NCBI GenBank assembly: GCA_900314585.1
Contig: OMVV01000003.1
Coordinates: 3,728 to 67,727 of the forward strand
Length of the DNA: 64,000 nucleotides
Source of the DNA: an uncultured Erysipelotrichaceae bacterium
GTDB lineage: Bacteria > Bacillota_I > Bacilli_A > RFN20 > CAG-826
Direction of reading: 5' to 3'
In this document: positions 22,444 to 30,692 of the stretch, in pieces
Position numbering within the stretch: position 1 is the first letter of the stretch
How the letters are laid out: each line of letters begins with the position of its first letter
Made by a program: the position numbers and the translations under genes
Notes under the pieces: generated by a model
The model's database searches: none
What the model saw: only the letters and a program-made list of their open reading frames with translations
What the model was told of the DNA's origin: nothing

Positions 22444-23343
22444 ATGGTTGATATAATTGTCGTTGGTGGTGGTCCTTCAGGAATGACAGCAGCGCTTTAT
22501 GCGCTTCGCTCTAACAAATCAGTTTTGATTTTAGAGAAAGAGAATTTCGGTGGACAAATTGCAAATTCACCTCGAGTTGAAAACTATCCATCAGTCAAAG
22601 AAATATCTGGTTTAGATTTATCAGATAAGATGTTTGGCCAAATCATGGATTTAGGTGCACAATTTGAACTCGAAGATGTTTTGAAAATTGAAAAGCTCGC
22701 TGACAAATTCAAAGTGACCACAAACTACAATTCTTATGAATGTAAGGCAGTTATACTTGCAAACGGTGTGAAACACCGTCTCATGAACTTGCCAAACGAA
22801 GAAAATTTGATTGGTAATGGTGTTTCCTTCTGTGCCGTTTGCGATGGACCAATGTATAAGGGCAAGGAAGTGTATTTGATCGGAGACGCAAATACCGCCC
22901 TCCAATACGCCCTTCTTCTTGCCAATTATTGCACTAAGGTTCATATGTTCACCTTATTTGATAAATTCTTTGGCGACCAAATCTTAATTGATAGACTTCG
23001 TCAAAAAGAAAATATCATTGTGAAACATAATATGAACTTAGTTCAATATCTTGGTGAAGACAAGCTTGAAGGGCTCGTCTTTGAAGACACTCAAAGCAAA
23101 GTCCGCCAAGAATATAAAACCGATAATGTCTTTGTTGCTATTGGCCAAATCCCACAAAACGAAAAATTCGCAAACCTTGTGGAATTAGACAAAGGCTATA
23201 TTGTAACCGATTCGCTTATGGCGACTAAAACTCCAGGCGTGTTTGCTTGTGGCGACACAAGGCAAAAAGAAATCCGTCAAGTTGTGACGGCATGTAATGA
23301 TGGAGCGATTGCGGCCTTGAGCGCAGTCAAATATATTGGTTAA
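22444..23343 (+). CDS. thioredoxin-reductase-like flavoprotein lacking canonical NADPH motifs
   Basis: VVGGGPSG FAD site, CAVCDG redox pair, C-terminal GDTR..ACNDGAIAA. GGGNSA is replaced by GDANTA and HRRxxxR by TLFDKFFG. ATG 1 nt after the nrdD stop. Confidence 0.85.
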   Translation: MVDIIVVGGGPSGMTAALYALRSNKSVLILEKENFGGQIANSPRVENYPSVKEISGLDLSDKMFGQIMDLGAQFELEDVLKIEKLADKFKVTTNYNSYECKAVILANGVKHRLMNLPNEENLIGNGVSFCAVCDGPMYKGKEVYLIGDANTALQYALLLANYCTKVHMFTLFDKFFGDQILIDRLRQKENIIVKHNMNLVQYLGEDKLEGLVFEDTQSKVRQEYKTDNVFVAIGQIPQNEKFANLVELDKGYIVTDSLMATKTPGVFACGDTRQKEIRQVVTACNDGAIAALSAVKYIG

Positions 23344-24026
23344 TAACCACGTAACTCAACTTTATTTACGAATTTCGAAAGAATTTCTTTATATGAAGAG
23401 GCCCAGACTTCCTCAACGGAATGAAGGCCTTTTTTTATTACTCCTTCGCGGTCGACAAACTTTTGAAGATATAGTTGTTTGGCCCCTTTAATCATTTCAC
23501 CCATCTTTTCAATCGATTCTGCGGAGTGATATTCCGCGACGAGGGTTGTTCTAAATTCATAATCAACATTTCCATTGATAAGAATAGAAATCGAACGTTT
23601 TATCTTATCCATTTGCGGGTTAGTAACACCAGTGGTAGCGGGATACATTTCTTCACTATTTTTGATATCCATCGCAACGTAATTTATCAGGGATTTGTCG
23701 AGCAATTTCTTTAAAACGTCTGGATTTGTTCCATTTGTATCGAGCTTAATTTTATAGCCTAATTCCTTGATTTTTTCGATCTTTTCAACAACATCATCCA
23801 TCAAGGTTGGCTCGCCCCCAGAAACAACGACAGCATCGACTAATCCAACACGTGTTTTTAGGAAAGACAAAATCTCATCAAACGGAATTGAACTATGAGA
23901 TCCTAAAACCGAATCGCCATTATGACAAAATGGGCAACGATAATTGCAAGTCGGTGCGAACAAAACAATTGACACGTTTTCATCGTAATCAAGAAGTGAG
24001 AATTTATCTATTCCTACAAAATCCAT
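23340..24026 (-). CDS. nrdG: anaerobic RNR activating protein (radical SAM)
   Basis: CNYRCPFCHN (CX3CX2C), GGEPTL. Start moved to ATG 24026 (MDFVGIDKFSLLDY..), the usual NrdG N-terminus; the ORF-track start 24071 is GTG. Confidence 0.85.
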   Translation of the reverse strand: MDFVGIDKFSLLDYDENVSIVLFAPTCNYRCPFCHNGDSVLGSHSSIPFDEILSFLKTRVGLVDAVVVSGGEPTLMDDVVEKIEKIKELGYKIKLDTNGTNPDVLKKLLDKSLINYVAMDIKNSEEMYPATTGVTNPQMDKIKRSISILINGNVDYEFRTTLVAEYHSAESIEKMGEMIKGAKQLYLQKFVDREGVIKKGLHSVEEVWASSYKEILSKFVNKVELRGY

Positions 24027-24078
24027 GCCTTTATTATAAATAAATTTATCGAAAAATCTATATCTAACCACCCTTGTT

Positions 24079-24087
24079 TGATATAAT
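24079..24087 (+). promoter_or_regulatory. extended -10 (TGaTATAAT) 7 nt upstream of the folD ATG
   Basis: TG 24079-24080, TATAAT 24082-24087, ATG 24095, no SD: geometry of a leaderless mRNA. Confidence 0.45.
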
Positions 24088-24094
24088 TTGGTTT

Positions 24095-24883
24095 ATGACA
24101 ATCAAAGAATACGTTAAAGCCCGCAAAGTAGAACTTAAAAATGAGATCGCTAGTTTAAAGGAGCCTCTTAATTTTGTTATTGTTCAGCTTAACGAAGATG
24201 AAGCAAGCAAAGCTTATATACGTGGCAAACTTAAAGATTCAGAAGAGCTTGGCATTAAAGCAAGATTATTGAAGCTTCCTGTTTCGACAAGCCAAGAAGA
24301 ACTTCTAAAAGAAATCGATAAACTAAATCACGATAAGTCAGTTGATGGCTTTATTGTACAAATGCCTCTTCCAAAACAAATTGATGAAGAAACAGTAAAA
24401 CTTGCTATTTCTCCAGACAAAGACGTTGATGGTTTCCATCCACTAAGCAAACTTAATCCATGCACCCCACAAGGGATTATGAATTATTTAAAACATGAAA
24501 ATGTTCAACTTTTAGGTAAAAACGCTGTTGTTATCGGTAGAAGCAATATTGTTGGAAAACCGATGGCGAAACTTCTCTTAAAAGAAAGCTGCAACGTAAC
24601 AGTCCTTCATTCCAAGACAAGTTTTGAAGATATGTATCGATATTTAGAAAACGCAGATATTGTTGTTGTCGCAATTGGCAAACAACATTTCATTGGCGAT
24701 AAATTCAAATTCAAAGAAAGCGCAGTGCTTGTCGATGTCGGTATTAACCGTGATGAAAATGGACTCCATGGCGATATTGTTCCAGATAGAAAAGTCGCCA
24801 TTCAAACTCCAGTACCTGGAGGCGTTGGCTTATTAACCAGGTTAGCCCTGATGGAAAACTTACTTAAAATTAAAAGACCCTAA
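24095..24883 (+). CDS. folD: bifunctional methylenetetrahydrofolate dehydrogenase/cyclohydrolase
   Basis: YIRGKLK, DGFIVQMPLP, VIGRSNIVGKP, PVPGGVG motifs. Start moved from TTG 24074 to ATG 24095. Confidence 0.9.
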   Translation: MTIKEYVKARKVELKNEIASLKEPLNFVIVQLNEDEASKAYIRGKLKDSEELGIKARLLKLPVSTSQEELLKEIDKLNHDKSVDGFIVQMPLPKQIDEETVKLAISPDKDVDGFHPLSKLNPCTPQGIMNYLKHENVQLLGKNAVVIGRSNIVGKPMAKLLLKESCNVTVLHSKTSFEDMYRYLENADIVVVAIGKQHFIGDKFKFKESAVLVDVGINRDENGLHGDIVPDRKVAIQTPVPGGVGLLTRLALMENLLKIKRP

Positions 24884-24894
24884 GGCCTTTTATC

Positions 24895-26247
24895 TTAATA
24901 AACTTGAGGCAATAAACTCTCAATTACAAATACATTCCATACATGTAGTTGAGTGTTATATGATTCAATCTTGAAATATAGATCAACTTGTTGAAGAACG
25001 TATTCATCATAGATGCAATAAGTTAAATTAGTGATTCCTGCTCCATTAACAAAATATAGACATTTTGCAGTGGTGGTTACAGTTTCATTGTGAGGTAAAG
25101 CATCTTCTGAAGCTGGCTCTGTTTCTGTCGAACCAAAATAATATTTGCCACTATAGATACAATAAGAAACCCAACCTTTTAGATGATAAAGTTTGAAATA
25201 GTCCTCATTATTTAACACACTAAACTTTTTATCGGATAAGTTGCCGGAATAAATGTGATTTAAAACAGTGGTTGTTGCTTCGGTAGCATTACTAACATTG
25301 AACGTGCCTTCACCAGGATTAGAAACATATTTAGCATTAATAGCCAAAATGGCCGGAATCGAATATTTCATCGAGATAATGCCAGTGATTTCGTAATATT
25401 TGCCTCTATTTGCATCGACAAATTCGTTAATCTTGTGACCGGCTTGAGCATCATTATCTTGTATACAAACAACACATTCATTATTTGCATCCATGAACAT
25501 TGCTTTCTCGTGGCTATCAGCGTCTTCCACCTCGCTTAACTGAGCGGTAAATCTAACTAATTCACCATAAGCGTGATATTTTTCTCCGTGTTTTAAAAGA
25601 GCGGCTTTTTCTTTAATTTGTCCGATATTTGCAAGGGAAATTGGTAAAGTTGTATTGTATTCGTCATATGATAATTCGTGATCATCACCGAGTCTAACGC
25701 ATGATTCTTGAATGGTTCCAACTGAAGAGTCATAAGTAAGTTCTAAATCGTTTTCGCCTTCAACTAATTTCGCAGTAACTTTATATTCTTTGAAACGGTA
25801 ATTATTTTTCATATAAGTCGTGCTTGAACTAACACGATATCCTAAATAACCAGTTTCATCTGCGAACATTAAAATATAATCATTGCCTACAGTGATTCCA
25901 CGGATAAAGGTTGCTTCAAAAGCGACTACCGTGTTGATTTTACGTTCGCTTCTTATATCTGCTATATCTTGAAGTGTCACAACTGGTGGCACGACACTCG
26001 AACTACTCGATGATGAAGATGAACTTGAAGAAGTGTGTGAACTTCCTGAAGTTGAACTTGTATGTCCGCTTGTAGAGCTGCTCGAGCTCGTAGATGTAGA
26101 TGCGCTTGTATGCGAAGATTCACTTCCTGATGTGGTTTGGCTTGTTGAGCCGCTTTCAGAAGTGTGTTTCTTACCTTTATGATTTGTTGTGGTACAACCA
26201 CAAATCAGCACTGCTGATAATATTAAAAATAAAACCGACTTTTTCAT
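24895..26247 (-). CDS. surface lipoprotein with long Ser/Thr-rich linker (about 450 aa)
   Basis: ATG 26247 (MKKSVLFLILSAVLICGC: signal plus ICGC lipobox) lies 1 nt after the ABC gene stop. About 65 aa of S/T/G/H low complexity, then repeated beta-rich modules. Confidence 0.7.
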   Translation of the reverse strand: MKKSVLFLILSAVLICGCTTTNHKGKKHTSESGSTSQTTSGSESSHTSASTSTSSSSSTSGHTSSTSGSSHTSSSSSSSSSSSSVVPPVVTLQDIADIRSERKINTVVAFEATFIRGITVGNDYILMFADETGYLGYRVSSSTTYMKNNYRFKEYKVTAKLVEGENDLELTYDSSVGTIQESCVRLGDDHELSYDEYNTTLPISLANIGQIKEKAALLKHGEKYHAYGELVRFTAQLSEVEDADSHEKAMFMDANNECVVCIQDNDAQAGHKINEFVDANRGKYYEITGIISMKYSIPAILAINAKYVSNPGEGTFNVSNATEATTTVLNHIYSGNLSDKKFSVLNNEDYFKLYHLKGWVSYCIYSGKYYFGSTETEPASEDALPHNETVTTTAKCLYFVNGAGITNLTYCIYDEYVLQQVDLYFKIESYNTQLHVWNVFVIESLLPQVY

Positions 26248-26248
26248 A

Positions 26249-28231
26249 TTATTCCAGTTCAAATGCTCCTGTATATAGTTGATAGTAATAGCCTTTTTTA
26301 GCGATTAAATCGTTGTGGTTTCCACGTTCAATAATCTCACCATGATCAAGGACCATGATTGCTTCAGCGTTTTGAATTGTTGATAAGCGGTGAGCAATGA
26401 CAAAGACGGTACGGCCTTTCATTAATTGATCCATTCCTTTTTGGACTAAGCGTTCAGTTCTGGTATCGATTGAAGATGTTGCTTCATCAAGAACCATAAC
26501 AGGAGCGTCAGCGACCGCTGCACGAGCGATCGAAAGAAGCTGTCTTTGACCTTGTGAAAGGTTTGCTCCGTCACCTGAAAGCATTGTGTTATAGCCATCA
26601 GGTAAGCGGGTGATGAAATCGTGCGCATTAGCAATCTTAGCGGCTTTGATACATTCTTCGTCACTTGCGTCTAATCGACCATAACGAATATTATCCATGA
26701 CTGTGCCGGTGAATAAGTTAACATCTTGTAAGACGAAACCTAAAGAACGACGTAAATCATCCTTTTTAATTTTATTAATATTAATTCCATCATAACGGAC
26801 TTTACCATCCATTAATGGATAGAATCTATTGATTAAGTTTGTAATAGTGGTTTTACCTGCACCAGTTGCGCCAACAAGAGCGATCTTTTGTCCTGGGTGA
26901 GCAAAGATTGAAACATCTTTAAGAACAAGTTTCTTACCATCATAAGAGAAGTCGACATGATCGAGTAAAATATCACCCTTAACTTCAGTTAATGTAGTGG
27001 TGCCATCCTTGTGTGGATGTTTCCAAGCGAAGTCTCTTGTCCTTTCGTTAGTTTCTTCGAAGGATCCATCTTTATTTTTCTTGATATGCACTAAAGTGAC
27101 ATAACCTTCATCATATTCTGGTTTTTCATCGATAAGTTCGAAGCAACGTGATGCGCCCGCCATACCCATGACAATAAATGTCACTTGTTGTGAGAAGTTG
27201 TTGATATTGTTCGCGAACATTCTCGACATCATTAAGAAGGCGATGACCATACCCCAGAATGTATTCATATCAACTGGTTCTAGTCCACGAACTGTCAAGT
27301 TATCAAATCCTGGAATAACAAGCATTAAGAAGGCTGTAATTGCAGTTAAGATATACATGAAGTTACCAATATTCATATTGATAGGTCCGGTGACGTTACC
27401 ATGGATATTAGCCTCGGTTGCATAGTCTTTAAGAAGTCCATTCATTTCATCAAATTGAGCAGTAGATTCTTCTTCATGAGTAAATACTTTAATGACTTTT
27501 AGGCCATTAATAGCTTCTTGGATATTTCCTTCAACCACAGCGACTTGACGTTGTTGTTTCATGAAGTACTTAGCGGCCCTTCCACCAATAACTTTAATGG
27601 AGTAGAACATCGCGATTGAACACACAATTGTTACTAATGTTAGCCAGATGGAATTGAGGATCATCGCAGTGAAACAGAACACAACCGCAAGTCCGGCTTG
27701 AAGTGACATCGGCAAAGCTTGGGAAATGAACTGACGAATCGTATCGATATCATTGGTGAAAAGTGACATGATTTCACCTTTTTTGTGAGTATCGAAATAT
27801 TTGATTGGTAAATCTTGGAGATGATTGAACATTTCCTTACGGAAACGATTCATAAATAGTTGAGTGACAATCGCCATCGTGCGATTCCACCACCAAGCAG
27901 CGAATACACCAAAAGCATAGACACCAGCCATTCCAATCAATAAATATGTGGCGTTAGTGTTTTGAATTGTTATTCCCATCGCAGTAACGGTGTATGAACC
28001 GACAAATGGGTTAGTTGACGCAAGCGGATCGGTTGGGAACACCGACATCTTGATTACATTTGTAATAAAGTTAGCGAATATCGAAGATGAAAGGTTTGCG
28101 AATGAGTTAAAAACAATGCAGAAAAGAGCAAAGGAAAGACGAATTGGGTATAACTTAAACAACGTTTTTAACAAACGTTTGATTGTGCCCTTCTTGGCTT
28201 TTCCTCTTTCCCTAATGTGAACTGGTGGCAT
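26249..28231 (-). CDS. ABC exporter permease/ATPase, canonical-site subunit of a heterodimer
   Basis: 6-TM domain plus NBD: Walker A GATGAGKTT, signature LSQGQRQ (deviant), Walker B VLDEATS. Start at ATG 28231 with SD GGAGGTG; overlaps the upstream gene by 20 nt. Confidence 0.9.
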   Translation of the reverse strand: MPPVHIRERGKAKKGTIKRLLKTLFKLYPIRLSFALFCIVFNSFANLSSSIFANFITNVIKMSVFPTDPLASTNPFVGSYTVTAMGITIQNTNATYLLIGMAGVYAFGVFAAWWWNRTMAIVTQLFMNRFRKEMFNHLQDLPIKYFDTHKKGEIMSLFTNDIDTIRQFISQALPMSLQAGLAVVFCFTAMILNSIWLTLVTIVCSIAMFYSIKVIGGRAAKYFMKQQRQVAVVEGNIQEAINGLKVIKVFTHEEESTAQFDEMNGLLKDYATEANIHGNVTGPINMNIGNFMYILTAITAFLMLVIPGFDNLTVRGLEPVDMNTFWGMVIAFLMMSRMFANNINNFSQQVTFIVMGMAGASRCFELIDEKPEYDEGYVTLVHIKKNKDGSFEETNERTRDFAWKHPHKDGTTTLTEVKGDILLDHVDFSYDGKKLVLKDVSIFAHPGQKIALVGATGAGKTTITNLINRFYPLMDGKVRYDGININKIKKDDLRRSLGFVLQDVNLFTGTVMDNIRYGRLDASDEECIKAAKIANAHDFITRLPDGYNTMLSGDGANLSQGQRQLLSIARAAVADAPVMVLDEATSSIDTRTERLVQKGMDQLMKGRTVFVIAHRLSTIQNAEAIMVLDHGEIIERGNHNDLIAKKGYYYQLYTGAFELE

Positions 28232-30062
28232 TGTTTTCACCTCCAATCCTATTTTGGGAATAGTAAACTTCCTGATAAATCTTACAAGATTTTAATAATT
28301 GTTCGTGGGTACCGATTGAATCGATATGACCATCATCTAAAACAATGATTTTATCAGCGTCTTCAATAGAAGAAATACGTTGAGCAATGACGATTTTAGT
28401 CATATGTGGTAAGTCTTCTTTTAGACCTTTTCTAATCATCTTATCTGTCTTGGTATCAACCGCGGAGGTTGAGTCATCAAGAATCATAATTTTTGGTTTC
28501 TTCAATATTGCACGAGCAATACATAAACGTTGTTTTTGTCCGCCTGAGAAGTTCGCTCCGCCTTGTTCAACGACGGAGTCGAAACCTTCGGGTTTGGCGT
28601 TAACGATTTCCATCGCATGGCAAATCTTACAAGCTTTTGTCATTTCTTCTTCAGTTGCGTTCTTATTGCCCCAACGTAAATTGGAAGCAATTGTGCCGGA
28701 GAATAAAACATTCTTTTGTAAAACAACCGAAACGTTATCACGTAAAACTTTTAAGTCATAGTTGCGAACATCTTCATCGCCTACGAGTACGGCGCCTTCG
28801 CTGACATCGTATAGGCGTGAAATAAGATTAACCAAACTGGTTTTGCCAGAACCTGTTGAACCAAGGATACCGACAAATTCACCAGATTTAATGTTTAAAT
28901 CAATATTGCTTAAAGCACATCTTTCAGCAGTTTCTTTATATTTGAATGAGACATTTTTGAAGGTGATATCGCCATTTTTTACTTCGTAAATTGGATTTTC
29001 AGGATTCCTGATTGATGGTTCTTCTAAAAGAACTTCGCTGATACGACGGATCGCTTCTAAAGACATAACAAGCATTACCATGATCATCGAAAGAATCATG
29101 ACTGACATCAAGATTTGAATACCATAAGTGATGAGCGATGACATTTGACCAACTGTTAACTTAGCCCAGAAGCTTGAATCGACAGTGGAGCGGTAAATAA
29201 AAAACGTTCCTAATCCGATAACCAATATATTGGAAACATGGATTGTCGTGTTAAGTAATGGGTTATTAAGAGCAACAATTTTTTCAGCAGTGACAAAGTC
29301 GTCAGTCATATCATCAGAAGCACGATTGAATTTGCCTTTTTCGTAATCTTCACGGACATATGTTTTAACAACGCGGATGCCTGAGACATTTTCTTCAACA
29401 GATTCGTTAAGCTTATCGTAACGCTTGAATACGCGTAGGAAGATGGCCATTGCTTTCTTAACGATTAAGAATAATCCAAAGGCGATGATTGGAACGAGAA
29501 CGACAAAGATACAGGCCATAACTCCACCAGAGATGAACGCCATAATGGCGGAGAAAACCATCATAAGTGGTGCCCTGATGACGATACGAATCATCATTTG
29601 GAATGCCATTTGAACTTGATTAACATCAGTTGTCATTCTTGTAACAAGAGATGCACTTGAAAATTTATCGATGTTTGCAAATGAGAATGATTGAATCTTA
29701 GCAAATAAATCACGTCTAAGATTCGTGCCCATTCCGACCGATGCTATTGCGGCGGTTCTTCCGCCTAAAATGCCACAAGTTAAGGATAAGCCTGCTAATA
29801 CCACTAAAAGAACCATGATTCCAAAGATAGTTACATACATGCTAAATCCTAAACCTTCATTAACATAAACGGTCGGTTTAAAGATATCGGAAATGTTATT
29901 TAATTCAGTAACGTTACGATCAACAGAGTCGATCAACGCTGACATAAGAAAAGGCATTACACATTCAATCAACGCTTCGAAAATCATAAAAATAGGCGTC
30001 AAAATCGCATATTTTTTGTATTCTCTAACACTTCCGAATATGAGTTTAATCTTCTTCAACAT
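28212..30062 (-). CDS. ABC exporter permease/ATPase, degenerate-site subunit of a heterodimer
   Basis: Walker A GSTGSGKTS, signature FSGGQKQR, Walker B IMILDDSTS (Asp replaces the catalytic Glu), as in LmrCD/TM287-288-type pairs. Confidence 0.9.
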   Translation of the reverse strand: MLKKIKLIFGSVREYKKYAILTPIFMIFEALIECVMPFLMSALIDSVDRNVTELNNISDIFKPTVYVNEGLGFSMYVTIFGIMVLLVVLAGLSLTCGILGGRTAAIASVGMGTNLRRDLFAKIQSFSFANIDKFSSASLVTRMTTDVNQVQMAFQMMIRIVIRAPLMMVFSAIMAFISGGVMACIFVVLVPIIAFGLFLIVKKAMAIFLRVFKRYDKLNESVEENVSGIRVVKTYVREDYEKGKFNRASDDMTDDFVTAEKIVALNNPLLNTTIHVSNILVIGLGTFFIYRSTVDSSFWAKLTVGQMSSLITYGIQILMSVMILSMIMVMLVMSLEAIRRISEVLLEEPSIRNPENPIYEVKNGDITFKNVSFKYKETAERCALSNIDLNIKSGEFVGILGSTGSGKTSLVNLISRLYDVSEGAVLVGDEDVRNYDLKVLRDNVSVVLQKNVLFSGTIASNLRWGNKNATEEEMTKACKICHAMEIVNAKPEGFDSVVEQGGANFSGGQKQRLCIARAILKKPKIMILDDSTSAVDTKTDKMIRKGLKEDLPHMTKIVIAQRISSIEDADKIIVLDDGHIDSIGTHEQLLKSCKIYQEVYYSQNRIGGENNATSSH

Positions 30063-30130
30063 AATTACGAGATGAAATTATTATATATACAATAATTTAT
30101 ATTAACAATTCAAAATTTTAGTTTTTGTTT

Positions 30131-30136
30131 TATAAT
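30131..30136 (+). promoter_or_regulatory. TATAAT 7 nt upstream of ATG 30144
   Basis: -10 hexamer immediately upstream of an SD-less start; leaderless geometry. Confidence 0.35.
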
Positions 30137-30143
30137 TATGGGG

Positions 30144-30692
30144 ATGAAATTGAAACACAAATTCTCATTTTCTGAACTGGTTTACCTATTCTCGATTATC
30201 TATTACTTAGTTATCGGAATTTGGGTGTTCTGTATTTTCGATCAAGATTTTGCTGATAATGTTAACTTCTTTGGTGTCTTAATTATCTTGAGTAGTGTTC
30301 CGCATATTTTAATATACGCGATTAACCAGGAGCGAAAGACTTATCTAATTATTGGATTAGTAGGTTTAGCTTTTGGTATTTTATTCATTGCGAGTGATTT
30401 GTTCACTCCTGACCAAGTTTGTATGATTTGGGGTTGTATTGATATTTGTCGTGGTACAACTGAAATTATTGCAATCGCTCCAACCATTAGGAAGAATAAA
30501 GCTAATTATTTTGAGATTGCTATTTCTGTTGGCGATATTGTGATTGGTATTTTGCTTTGCATTCATCTTGCTGACGGACTTCGTCTCCACTTGATTTATT
30601 TAGCGATTGAATTTGTTGTCACAGGTATTAAAAACCTTGTTGAATTAATCGTTGAAAGAAAGAATAGAAATGAAGGGCCTACTGATAACTAA
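30144..30692 (+). CDS. hypothetical membrane protein (about 182 aa, 5-6 TM)
   Basis: Hydrophobic ORF; start choice 30138 or 30144; 3' end overlaps the ATP-grasp gene by 23 nt. Confidence 0.55.
   Translation: MKLKHKFSFSELVYLFSIIYYLVIGIWVFCIFDQDFADNVNFFGVLIILSSVPHILIYAINQERKTYLIIGLVGLAFGILFIASDLFTPDQVCMIWGCIDICRGTTEIIAIAPTIRKNKANYFEIAISVGDIVIGILLCIHLADGLRLHLIYLAIEFVVTGIKNLVELIVERKNRNEGPTDN

Noticed and set aside
24027-24094. Extended starts for nrdG (GTG 24071) and folD (TTG 24074)
   Set aside because: They would leave a 2-nt divergent intergenic region with no room for promoters. The ATG starts at 24026 and 24095 reproduce the typical family N-termini, and a TGnTATAAT element lies in the freed space.
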